64,000 nucleotides of DNA from a virus (IMGVR_UViG_3300033066_001295:64001-128000), one strand, 5' to 3'. Shown: positions 29,173 through 39,106, numbered from the stretch's first letter. Numbers and translations: made by a program. The notes: generated from the sequence alone by a model not told the origin.

Positions 29173-31309
29173 AGACAGTTAATCAAAACGTCATTGTTGT
29201 ACTTGTCTTTGTATCGTCGTGACATTTCAAAGGTGTCAGCCTTGAACCTATCTGCCAATAGCTGGCGGAGTTCGATGCCATTCCAGTCTTTAGGGATGCG
29301 ACCAGACTTAATGTCACTGAGAACCTTGTCACGCAAAGACCTTGTCAGATCACGTACAAATCTCTGTTTTTCTGTTTTTGTCATGGTTATTCTCCGTTCG
29401 TGATTTTGATAAAACGTGGGCAGGATATTTCAAACTCTGCATTTTCTGCATTGCTCTGGTCGATCATGCTTTGCACCACTTTCATCACCCTTTCCTCAGT
29501 AACAACTGAGCCGGGTTTGTAGTCGATGTTAACACGCTCTTTGACCCCTGCTCCTGTGAGGCCAAGTCCAGCGTTACGCATGAGGTTGGACAGTTGTCGC
29601 TTTCCTCGCACCCACTCAACCGTTGCGACGGGGTGTTTCAATTTTTCTTCTGACATGCGTTTGCTTTCATGTGGGCTAAAATTTTCCTTGCTTGGTAGTA
29701 ACTATGGCACCAAGCAATAGACATAAGCACCCAGCCTATTGCTACATAGTTTCTTGTGATTACCATAGCTACAATGGCTAAACTTGTTGGGATAAGGTTA
29801 AGTAGGAACATCCGCTGTATCAGCTTTAGCTCAGCAGCCAGAGGCCCTAACTCAGGATTTTCATCCAGCAATTTTTCAAGGCTTGTCACAGATGCATATA
29901 GGTTGTCCTTCACCTCATCATTTGCTTCAGATTTGGTTATATGCCATTTCCACTTGGTAATGACCTCCTTAGCCTTGTCATGTGGTAGGGAGGCAACTGC
30001 TTGAAAGTTTCTTTTCAAGACTCTCAGTTGATGCCAGAGAACCAGACGTTGATAGCAGTAGTTGAAAAAATTGGTCACTCTGGTCATGGTATTCTCTTCA
30101 GGGTAAAGTTCAGTTCTCCGATCTCAAAGTTCAACTTGGCCATGAGCTTCCACCTTTCGGCTTGCTCATAGAGGGGGGAGGCCGGAATTGAGCCTCCTCC
30201 TTTGCTCGTCTCAGTAAAAATTGAACTCCAGTAATCCAGTTCTACCTGAAGAACAGTTTTCTTGAGCATGAGGTTGCGAAGCCTACGCTTGACCCTGTTT
30301 CGTTTTGAGAAGTACCTAAACATATCACTTGTCTGGGTAAGTTTTTCTCACACAGCCGTAGTCTTCCCTGAGTATATGATATTTGCCGTGAGTAACACAA
30401 AATGCTGGTAGGTCTTTGGGATCAAGTCTTGGAAGACCGGCCTCTTCCCTCACCAAATTCCAGATGAAAAGTGCATTTGGGTTAGCCCCAGTATCAGTAA
30501 CGGTCCTGAAGTGGTCTTTTTCCACCTTTTGAATGAATTCTACTATACTCATTGTTTTATTGGTTTCCCGTCGTTCAGACGTTGAGAGAGGGTTTTGTTT
30601 CGCTTGGTAAGCCTCTTTCCCACCACAGGCACGTTATACCTGTGCTTCCAAGCAAGATCACGCTCAGTTTCCACCTCTTTGGGTGTTAACTCACGAACAC
30701 GGTTTATCAGTTGAGTGCGAAAACGTCTCACTTTTTTGCTGACGCCACGATAGACAACAAAGATGCCATTATCACCCGGATCATAACGGTTGAGGCTTTC
30801 TGCTGAAATGCTCTTTGGGCCGTTGGAAATTCCGAGAGACAAGCCACCGTGGGCATCGAGGTCAAAGAATTCACCAAGGCTGGTGCAGGCAACGGCTCTG
30901 GCTCGTCTGTCGTGTAGTCATACATCTCCTTTCGCCGTCGCCTGACCAGCAGCGTTAGCCTCAATAAATTCCAGCGTTGACGCCATTCCGACCTTCACAT
31001 CTCCCCCGCGCTCGATGTCCGCTAAGTATCGGATACCAGCCGCGCCTTTGGTGTAGTCGTCCACGCATTCGCGCACGTTTAGGCATTTGCCTTTTATTTC
31101 TGAGTAGTCGTTCGCGGATGTCGCTTTGACCGTCTTTCCAATATACTGATCGTAGTCGTGTAGTCGTTTCATAAATCAAAAGTGGTTTCGGCGGATTTGC
31201 CGGTTGTGTCGATGTAGTCAGCGAAGAGTTCGTTCAGGCTTCTGTCGAGAGCGACATGACGCTGGCGATGTTCTTCGGTGCTTGCTGGGTTTGCGGTTTG
31301 GTTTGGCAT
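29169..31309 (-). other. Run of small hypothetical CDSs (29169-29384, 29387-29656, 29638-30087, 30084-30323, 30325-30552, 30549-30842, 30918-31172, 31169-31309)
   Basis: Coupled co-oriented ORFs; 31169-31309 (46 aa) is below the ORF-track cutoff. Confidence 0.55.
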
Positions 31310-31318
31310 AAGGCTTAT

Positions 31319-31346
31319 ACTATATCGAAAGTCGGTTACTTGTCAA
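31319..31346 (-). promoter_or_regulatory. Early promoter (conserved-spacer class)
   Basis: TTGACA-AGTAACCGACTTTCGA-TATAGT-N9-ATG(31309). Confidence 0.75.
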
Positions 31347-31737
31347 TTGGAAGCTTCACTGTTTTGTTAGTTCCGGGCTTCCATCCAAAGCACATGTCAA
31401 TTATGTTTTGCATGTCACCTTCATTGATGGCTGATAGCATTCTCGTCCCGAGTCTGCCCTTGGCGTAAAACTTGATTTTGGAAAGGCGATTACCAAACTC
31501 CTTCGTAAGGTCTGGAGTATCCAATAGAGGGATAGGTGGTCCGAACTTGAGATCACCGAGAGTGTCCACGGGTGAAAAAGTCATTTCTGGCTGACTTCAC
31601 AGCCAACTCTTCCTTGCCTCCCAAGCTCTTTGTCAGCTTGAAGAAGACCACTTCAGCAGGGCAGGTGACAACACCATTCTTGCCTGAGTATCGCACCCAG
31701 TACCAGCCTTCAGTTTTAGGCGTCTTCTTGGACCACT

Positions 31738-32070
31738 TCATGCGGCGGCAGCGACTGGTTGCTTTGCTTCGACACGGATCACGTTGTAGGTGTAGATTTC
31801 CCACTTGGACCACACCAGCTTGCCGTCCTCATCCTCATCGTTGGCGACATAAGCAACCGTTTTGCTGAGCTTGGCAGGACGCGTACCTTGGCCGGGTCCA
31901 TCACCGCAGTAGAGCGTGTGTGTGGCACCACGATCAGCAGCCCAGTCATTAGGGGGACCGTCGAAGAATGTGTGGTACTTTTTGAATTCCTTCTCACGAA
32001 CGACCGTGTAACCACGGTTGGAAAGTTCAGCGTAGAAGGGAGATTTTGAATTTGGAAAGTCGTAGGCCAT
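31738..32070 (-). CDS. Hypothetical protein
   Basis: Start MAYDFPN at 32070 set by the promoter. Confidence 0.65.
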   Translation of the reverse strand: MAYDFPNSKSPFYAELSNRGYTVVREKEFKKYHTFFDGPPNDWAADRGATHTLYCGDGPGQGTRPAKLSKTVAYVANDEDEDGKLVWSKWEIYTYNVIRVEAKQPVAAAA

Positions 32071-32077
32071 GGTAATT

Positions 32078-32105
32078 AATATATCGAAAGTCAGTGTTTT
32101 GTCAA
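32078..32105 (-). promoter_or_regulatory. Early promoter (conserved-spacer class)
   Basis: TTGACAAAACACTGACTTTCGATATATT-N7-ATG. Confidence 0.75.
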
Positions 32106-32755
32106 TCAATCAATATGTAGAATCGTTTCCAGAGGCACCACTGACTCATTTGAACATTTCTCTGATTCAGCAGATGATCTACTGGTAAACACACGAGCAT
32201 TTTGTAGGCTCGAATCATAAGAGCGTTTGCTACCTAATGGAGTCATGAACTTACCATCTTCACGTCTGATAACAAAAAGGTTCATGGTTAGTAATCGAGC
32301 CTGAGTTCATCAAACGTCACTGCAAAGGACGGGTAGTTCCTCACCAGAAAACTGCGCAACAGCTTGGCGTTTGCGTTTGAGTTGACCGGTGGCAGAGACA
32401 AAAGCTCAGCCGTGTAGGCAGAGAAGGAAGCACGCTCAGCAGCGGCTGATTCACTCTTTGGCTGGTAGCCTTGGTTGTTGAGATCATTCATAGGGCTGCA
32501 ACTTGCTGTTCGATTTGCCACTCTTCAAGAGACTGGCCGAAGCGGGTTTCCATGCTGAAGTCAGCCACGAAGTCGGGGGTGAGAAACCCAAGCTCAAGCT
32601 GAAGCTTATCGTCAAGGCTCTCCAGCGTGTTGGAACTTGAACTGTCACTGTTGTAACGAGCGACATAGACAGCGTCACGCAGGGCGCGAACTTCGTCGTC
32701 AGAGAGGTGGAGGATGATGGTGTTGTTGTTCATGGTGGTGTAGTGGTGCGAGTTG

Positions 32756-33205
32756 TTAAGCCAAGACCGGCGCGTTGTTCAGGTAGGCGTCAGGGACGAC
32801 AATCTCAGGGTTCTTCTTGAAGAACTCCACGGTCCTCTTGAGGGAGCCGAAGAAGTCGCGGAAGGTGATGTTCTCGACCACCCAGAGGGCGACTTCCTGT
32901 GACACCTCGTACCAGCCGAAGCTCTCACAGATGAAGTAGCGACCGTCAACACAAACCACATCTCCACAGGAGAGGGAGCGAAGCTTGAGGCCACAGTGGG
33001 AAGCCCACTCCGTGCCGTCCACATGATTGCACTGACGAAAGATGGTATCAAGAGCTTGCTCTGGAGCCAGACCTTCGATCAGGTTGTCAGGGAAAGCGTA
33101 AGTGAGAGTGACGCCTTCAAGAGCCTCATATGTTGAACCCTTGTGGGCGAGGAGGCAAAGAACTTTAGCGCGAGTGGAACCGGTGGTGGTGTTGGTGGTG
33201 CTCAT
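32756..33205 (-). CDS. YodL-like domain protein
   Basis: LDTIFRQCN...RSLSCGDVV..DG.YF.C.SFGW. Confidence 0.6.
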   Translation of the reverse strand: MSTTNTTTGSTRAKVLCLLAHKGSTYEALEGVTLTYAFPDNLIEGLAPEQALDTIFRQCNHVDGTEWASHCGLKLRSLSCGDVVCVDGRYFICESFGWYEVSQEVALWVVENITFRDFFGSLKRTVEFFKKNPEIVVPDAYLNNAPVLA

Positions 33206-33212
33206 GGAGGTA

Positions 33213-33240
33213 ACTATATCGAGAGTCAGTCAGTTGTCAA
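33213..33240 (-). promoter_or_regulatory. Early promoter (conserved-spacer class) with A-tract upstream
   Basis: TTGACA-ACTGACTGACTCTCGA-TATAGT-N7-ATG(33205). Confidence 0.75.
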
Positions 33241-33524
33241 AGAGAAAAGATGTTTTTTGGATAAATTTTCTGTCTCAAATGAAACCCTGACTCTGTGCTG
33301 ACAGTGCGGCGACTCTCTTTGCAGCTTTAATGCTAAAGCCTTCGCCTGTTCCGCGCTCACCTTCGCTCCCCTTGTTGTTGTAAGTGTGCCAGCGGCATGT
33401 ATCAGGGAAAGCCACGGCTGCAATGTGCTTGGTGATGGCATTAACTAATTCCCATCGTTCCGGCAATAATGGCGATGTTGCTGGCTTATGCACCCAGCCA
33501 GTTGTCAACGAGAAAAGATGTTTT

Positions 33525-33735
33525 TTACTTATTTCGCCCATTAATCCACCCCCATATCTCTTTTCCAAACACGGCCTCTACCGCTGCTTCAAACATCCAA
33601 TGCTCAAAGTCCTCTGTGTGGCCTCTTTTAGCTAAGCAGTCGATATATTCTAAAACTACTGTCTGCAAAGAGCTAAAGTCAGGATTATCAAGGGGCTTAG
33701 GCTTTGTATCAGGTAATTGGTATATTGCGACTCAT
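33525..33735 (-). pseudogene. Hypothetical phage gene with a frameshift in its first 8 codons
   Basis: The ATG at 33735 stops after 8 codons; the adjacent frame reads LPDTKPKPLDNPDFSSL...EHWMFEAAVEAVFGKEIWGWINGRNK*. Confidence 0.5.
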
Positions 33736-34031
33736 TCTCCCACCTCCGCAAGTTGGCCTGTGAAACTGCTTCTGCTGATATAGCTGCGACGACCATAGAT
33801 CGAACGCATCTGTGACAGGTGGTTCGGGTGGACTCCGACAAACTCTTCTTCTGGAGCCTCTTCTTCAACCACCTCTGGGAGATTGTCCTCCGGTGTGTCT
33901 TCACCGAAAATGTCATCCTCGTCTTTCACCTTCGGCTCTTCACCGAAAAGGTCCAACTTTCTCTTCCGGCTATCCAGAACTTTAGTGTACTCTTCGAGCC
34001 AATCTTCGTGTGGAATAGTGATTTTGGTCAT
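33732..34031 (-). CDS. Acidic hypothetical protein
   Basis: Directly after a promoter; E/D-rich core. Confidence 0.6.
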   Translation of the reverse strand: MTKITIPHEDWLEEYTKVLDSRKRKLDLFGEEPKVKDEDDIFGEDTPEDNLPEVVEEEAPEEEFVGVHPNHLSQMRSIYGRRSYISRSSFTGQLAEVGE

Positions 34032-34038
34032 GGAGCCG

Positions 34039-34066
34039 ACTATATCGAAAGTCGGTCATCTGTCAA
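34039..34066 (-). promoter_or_regulatory. Early promoter (conserved-spacer class)
   Basis: TTGACA-GATGACCGACTTTCGA-TATAGT-N7-ATG. Confidence 0.75.
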
Positions 34067-34075
34067 ACAGAAATA

Positions 34076-34450
34076 TCAAATATCGAGTAAATCTACAACA
34101 CTGCCAGCCAGTTCATGGGAGCAATCATCAAGAAATTGAACTTTCCCGTCGTTCACCCATGTATGGCAAATAATCCAGTCGATGTCCAGAGTCTCGCCTG
34201 CCATTGCCTTGGCATACTCTTCATTTGTCATGTCTCTCACTTTCTTTGTGAGGATGCTCGGTCGAAGTGTTGGCTTCTCTATATCACCATTCCACGTCCA
34301 GCTATTTGTGCCTTCACGTTGACCTTTGAGAATAACAGGAAGTATTCGTTGAGGGATTGGACCGGGCATCTTCAATTCCACAAAGGAGGCCTCTTCTGGA
34401 GGGCACTCAACCCACTCACCATTTTCACGCCTGACTGGTTTAGCTTTCAT
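34076..34450 (-). CDS. DUF6527-like protein
   Basis: WTWNGDIEKPTLRPSIL...CHTWVNDGKVQFLDDCSHELAG. Confidence 0.7.
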   Translation of the reverse strand: MKAKPVRRENGEWVECPPEEASFVELKMPGPIPQRILPVILKGQREGTNSWTWNGDIEKPTLRPSILTKKVRDMTNEEYAKAMAGETLDIDWIICHTWVNDGKVQFLDDCSHELAGSVVDLLDI

Positions 34451-34680
34451 GACTAAAGTTCATATAGAATATCATTCCAGTAGGTCCATCCAATGGTTGA
34501 ACCTTCACCAGTTCTGCTGCTATTAGTTCCGGGTAAACTTCCCTGATAATGCAGGAAAAGTAGCCTCTACGAAGTTTAGTTGCAACCACTTCAGGGCATG
34601 TGGCAATAGCTATCGAGGCTATTAGTGAACCAAAGAATCTTCGAGGCTATTAGTGAACCAAAGAATCTTCGTCTTGTCAT
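34440..34680 (-). pseudogene. Mini-gene: twin-arginine-like leader plus T4 gp23 major-capsid (Gol region)-like peptide, frameshifted by a 28-bp duplication
   Basis: Removing one repeat copy gives 70 aa: MTRRRFFGSLIASIAIATCPEVVATKLRRGYFSCIIREVYPELIAAELVKVQPLDGPTGMIFYMNFSHES. Confidence 0.7.
34613..34668 (+). repeat. Perfect 28-bp tandem duplication
   Basis: TCGAGGCTATTAGTGAACCAAAGAATCT x2. Confidence 0.97.
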
Positions 34681-35062
34681 TCTATCAGATGTTGAACAGT
34701 TCCATGGAGTGGTCCAAAAAAACAGGGAACCCAATCGGACAGGCTGTTTGACATGACAGGTCTTCCGCCGCTGTCACGATCTACAATAGCTGTGACGTGA
34801 GGTACTTTATTGGTGCTATCATCAGCACCCTCGACTTTGAAAGCTGCCACAAGGCCATTACTGGAACGTGCTGACACATTGAGGCTTCTCCTCTGACCGG
34901 CAGTGCCTATGTGGTCTCCAAAGGTAAGTGTGCAGTGGTGGCAGACAAGTTCCCCCTTCATTTGAGGGAAGCACTTTGAGGCATATGCCTTCAAAGCCTG
35001 CTGTGAGGCATCATCGAGAACAATGGCTGTCCATTTCTTGCCCTCAAATAACCTTGAAACAT
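34677..35062 (-). pseudogene. 2H phosphoesterase with a frameshifted N-terminus
   Basis: HCT and HVT motifs; the ATG at 35062 needs one extra T to give MFSRLFEGKKWTAIVLDD. Confidence 0.6.
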
Positions 35063-35258
35063 CACACCCTCTCTGCTGAAATAGACTTAAAGTTATACCA
35101 CACCAAAGCTACAGGCCAGAAAAGAGTGTTGACGATGGCGTTTAGAGAAACAAAAAACGCTGGCATACGTGTCTTCTGGGCGATGCTCACAATCTCCTTT
35201 GAATGACAGATAAGCCAGATAAGGCCTGTTATAAAGTATGCTTGAGCAAGTACTAATG

Positions 35259-35600
35259 TCATATTTTCAGAGTTTTGAGTGATTTTTCTATAGCGTCAGC
35301 GTAAGGCTTGAACATGACACCACTGTAGAAATGACCGGGGTATCCGATCTTGGCCTTCTTGGTTTCCACGAGTGTGATAAACTCAACAGCCTGACTCTCG
35401 CTGAAATGGTTGAAGTACACCTTGGTCGTGCTGTCGATGTACATCTTGTAGTTCTTGTCAGTTGGAATGATCTCAGAACCGGCCTTGATTTTCTCAAGAG
35501 CTATGGAAGGCTTTAGTCCTCCGCAATGTGAGCAGGTGTCATCGTCACGCCAGTGAGCACCTTCACATCTCCACCAAAAAGTATCTTTTTCTTCAGGCAT
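35259..35600 (-). CDS. Hypothetical protein
   Basis: CSHCG...PTDKNYK.Y...YF.HFS...IGYPGHFY. Confidence 0.6.
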   Translation of the reverse strand: MPEEKDTFWWRCEGAHWRDDDTCSHCGGLKPSIALEKIKAGSEIIPTDKNYKMYIDSTTKVYFNHFSESQAVEFITLVETKKAKIGYPGHFYSGVMFKPYADAIEKSLKTLKI

Positions 35601-35671
35601 CGGAGCTAAATTACATTGATTTCAATCTGTGCCAAGACAAAGTTATAAAGTCAGCGAAAATAACTACCGAC

Positions 35672-36118
35672 ATGACAACATTTTCACCAGATGTGCTAAA
35701 ATCAGCAGCGTTTTACGCTGGCTTTGTCTTTCCAAAAAACTGTTTCATCCCACTAGACAATGCATACGCCTGTGTCGATGACAGCGAGGCCATGAAGTTT
35801 GCTGCTGAGTGTGCGGCCCAGTCTCAGTTTATTCTCAAGCTATGGACCGAAGAGAGGAAGGACTGTGACAAGTTCTCCCGTCTCACTCAAGCTGTAGCCA
35901 TGATGGCTCATGCTCTTCAGTCAAACAGCAAGGCAGGTCTCGCTGTTGGTGTGCTTGGCTATACCCGCGATGATGGTGAACGTCATTCAGTCAATGCCAT
36001 CTTTGGCAAAGTGAGGGGGAAGACGGAGGTAACCATCCGTGTGTTTGAACCTCAGACCGGAGAAGAGCTTTTCCTCTCCGACAAGGAAAAAGAAAGCTGC
36101 CTTCACCTACTAATCTGA
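35672..36118 (+). CDS. Transglutaminase/papain-like hypothetical protein
   Basis: DCDKF...HSVN...FEPQ (candidate Cys-His-Glu triad). Confidence 0.55.
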   Translation: MTTFSPDVLKSAAFYAGFVFPKNCFIPLDNAYACVDDSEAMKFAAECAAQSQFILKLWTEERKDCDKFSRLTQAVAMMAHALQSNSKAGLAVGVLGYTRDDGERHSVNAIFGKVRGKTEVTIRVFEPQTGEELFLSDKEKESCLHLLI

Positions 36119-36225
36119 ATAGGGCACTGAAGGTAATGTTATAGTGACCTTCTGAGGTGAAGGTTCAGCCTTCTTTGACTGACAAGAAGGCAACGACAGA
36201 AGCAGAGCAATAACAGCGAGGTATT

Positions 36226-36774
36226 TCATGCAAGTGTAAGGTTAGCGTCTGGGAAATAGCTTGGTAGGTCACCCCACAACCCAAATGTCTTCAGGATAGC
36301 CTCGGCTTTTTGGGCGGCAGTGGCAGTAATGAAAACATCAATGTGGTTGTATAGCCCTGTCATGTTACGGAGGTGTATGAAGTACACGTCTCTGTCACTA
36401 GCTCCAACCCTCAGTTGATCTCCAGTGTAAATATCAAACTCAGAGGTAACAATGGGCCTCTCTGAAGACAGAAGTTTTTCAACCTCGGAGATACTATCAA
36501 GACTTGAGGTGTATCTTGGGCCATTATAATGTCTGATTTGATTTTCAGTGAGGAAACCTTCGGCAACGTGCATGTCATCAAGTGATCTGACATAGTTTGG
36601 TATCGGACCCATTCCCGTACCCTCTGTATGCCACGGCTGACCATCAAATAATTCTGGGTGCTCTTTGATGTCAAACATACCAAAGGGCTGCCCGCTGTAC
36701 AAGTTTGGGTTAACGCCCACACTGCTCCAGCCACAGCACTCGGCAATAGCCATGTTTTGTTCAACTTCCGTCAT
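36226..36774 (-). CDS. Member of the 4-copy paralog family, with internal duplication
   Basis: IAECCGW...PNYVRSLDDMHVAE...PRYTSSLDSISEVE...ATAAQKAEAILKTFGLW. Confidence 0.65.
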   Translation of the reverse strand: MTEVEQNMAIAECCGWSSVGVNPNLYSGQPFGMFDIKEHPELFDGQPWHTEGTGMGPIPNYVRSLDDMHVAEGFLTENQIRHYNGPRYTSSLDSISEVEKLLSSERPIVTSEFDIYTGDQLRVGASDRDVYFIHLRNMTGLYNHIDVFITATAAQKAEAILKTFGLWGDLPSYFPDANLTLA

Positions 36775-37030
36775 AGTTGTTCTTGTTAGCACCTCTTGAT
36801 CCAGCTATCCAGCCACTTTCCCAAAAGTTGGCCAGTATCATTTCAACATCACCACCGCCCATACCATAATTGAGCATGATGTTACGGCAGCGGTGGTAGT
36901 ATTCTGAATCGGTGAAGGCGAGCCAGTCCTTGTGCCACGGTGATCCGTCACAAGTTGTTCCTGAGAACTCCAGCTTGATAGGTGGAACTGGAACTTGGTT
37001 TTTATCGTTGGAACAGTCACTCATTGACAT

Positions 37031-37945
37031 TCATCGAGGTGCGTTCACCATGACTGGATCAATCCAGATGGTTTTGATACTGACGTTGCCCTTACCATAG
37101 TGCTGTTCTCGATAGTGGCCAATGCGCCAGTGGGTTTCAGGAGAAGCATGGGTGCCTGTCACTTCTGATTGAAGAGCGTACCTTCGTCCCAAAAACCTTG
37201 GTGTCCAGAACTCCCTTTGACCATGTTTACCCTTCACCCTCTTGATGAAGGACGCCTCCTCTACATTCTCGGGTCGCAGGTGAAACAACATCACCAGTTG
37301 TAATAGGAGGGGGATAAGCTGTCCTTGAGTGAACACAGTCACCTTGGCAGGGTCTTCACCAATATCCCATTTTGACTTGTGTGTTTCAATTTTCGATTCG
37401 AGGTCAATAACACCATCCTCAATAGGGATGAAGGCATACCAGTTGGTCTGGCTGGTTACTGATGTGGCAGTGCAGAGAAGACGATCCTCCTTTGAGTGTG
37501 ACTGCAAGCCTATGCCAAGATTGAGCAGGTCTCCGGGTGATACAATGGAGATGGACATCACCGCCACATCTTCACCATCATCACCTTTCAAAACACCTTT
37601 AGGGAGAACGAAATGAATACATGGAAAACCAAGTTTTACTTCATTGCGATCCCAATACTTCGGTGGGGTTGTCTTGAGCAGTGCCTTGAGGATATTGGGT
37701 GAGACAAGATAGAAGGGGTAGTCACACTTCTCCGCCATCATAGTGGAGACATAGGCTGGCAGTGCTTCCTCCTTCAGTGAAGGATCAATCTTCAAGATTT
37801 GTGGCACAGCAAAGCCATCAGCGAACACCTGCCTCAGAGAAGTGAGGGAGTGATACTCAGGAGGGAATTCAAAGGTCTTGTGGCACCATCGGTCGAAAGA
37901 CTTGATAGTCTTGCGTGCTGAGTCAATGAGGGCTTCTGGCTTCAT
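37031..37945 (-). CDS. Phage hypothetical protein
   Basis: C-terminal HASPETHWRIGHYREQHYG...WIDP motif. Confidence 0.75.
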   Translation of the reverse strand: MKPEALIDSARKTIKSFDRWCHKTFEFPPEYHSLTSLRQVFADGFAVPQILKIDPSLKEEALPAYVSTMMAEKCDYPFYLVSPNILKALLKTTPPKYWDRNEVKLGFPCIHFVLPKGVLKGDDGEDVAVMSISIVSPGDLLNLGIGLQSHSKEDRLLCTATSVTSQTNWYAFIPIEDGVIDLESKIETHKSKWDIGEDPAKVTVFTQGQLIPLLLQLVMLFHLRPENVEEASFIKRVKGKHGQREFWTPRFLGRRYALQSEVTGTHASPETHWRIGHYREQHYGKGNVSIKTIWIDPVMVNAPR

Positions 37946-38554
37946 GTTAGAAGACGTTAGCGCGAAGGTACTCGTTAGTTGCCCTGTAGAGCTTCAGTTC
38001 AACATCAGGTGGCAGCAATCCAGCAGCAACGGCAACATTGATAAACTGAAGCTGGATGCAGACTTTTTGTTCCGTACCGATAAGCCCGCTGAGCTTTTTA
38101 AGGCTCTCTCTCACCTCTGGAGGCACTGGAAGTCCTTCAGTAGGGTCTCCTGAAAAGGCCTCATTCACCATGTTCACGAAGGTGAGACCGGGGTCACTTG
38201 CTACCAGAACCGCAGGCAGGATTTCCTGTAGCATCTTGGCGATGGCAACTTTCTTCAGTCGCCCAATTTTGTTCCTTAGTTCGTCGGGTATTTGCATTTT
38301 GAAATCTAGGCTATATCAGTTTGTTGTCAATTTTCTTCTGCTTGAAACCCAAAAACTTTGATCCTCCTGAACTTCCTCACTGTGTTGTCTAAAGTCCTGT
38401 CCACAGTTACCACACGCCACTTTTTTACCATTCATGGTTTTGCAAGTAGGGCATCTAGCAGACTGGCTCCAGCCAAAACCTGTAGGCCGGAAAATAAACC
38501 CTTTGCCTTCGCAGTCAGGGCAATCAACCAACTTCCATAGTGGGGTTGAGCACA

Positions 38555-39106
38555 TCAGTAACAAAACCACCCTCCACACTTTTTGCACCTCACGCCACTG
38601 TAGCAAGTCGGGTCGGCCTCATGATCACAGTTGGGGTCGGCGTCATAAAGCTTAGTGTGAGCAAACTGGTTGAATGACTTAGACTTGACCACAGGATCAT
38701 GTGTCAGTTCATTGGCCACTTTGGCTGCGTCGCTGTACTTCTCGTCACACTCATCACAAAGCCACACAAACTGAGTGATACCTAGCAAAGGCCCGACTGG
38801 TAACTTGCTAGTAAATGGGCCTGTAGTAATAACAGGTTTAGGCCCACTGCTACTACTGCTAAACACTCCCGGTAAATCTGCACCTATGTCGTGCCCATCG
38901 GCATCGACACACTTGCCCATCCAGTCCCAAAACTCATCCTTGTCACGAGAGGGGCAGTCACCAACATCAACTACTGGGGTGGCAGCTTTCTGAGCTTCCT
39001 TGGAAGCTTTCAGTTCATTAGCTACAGAGATAGCAGAACTTAGGGGATATGATGAGGAGCAACCCATATCAGGAATCAGTTTTGATTGAGTAGTAAGGCA
39101 TCCCAC
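38555..39106 (-). CDS. Cys-rich hypothetical protein with FWDWMG motif
   Basis: CPSRDKDEFWDWMG; LYDADPNCDH...SGVRCKKCGGWFCY. Confidence 0.55.
   Translation of the reverse strand: MGCLTTQSKLIPDMGCSSSYPLSSAISVANELKASKEAQKAATPVVDVGDCPSRDKDEFWDWMGKCVDADGHDIGADLPGVFSSSSSGPKPVITTGPFTSKLPVGPLLGITQFVWLCDECDEKYSDAAKVANELTHDPVVKSKSFNQFAHTKLYDADPNCDHEADPTCYSGVRCKKCGGWFCY

Noticed and set aside
33525-34031. TGA readthrough or alternative genetic code joining 33732-34031 to the downstream frame
   Set aside because: All three stops terminate genes normally across the window, with many ATGA overlaps; a local frameshift is simpler
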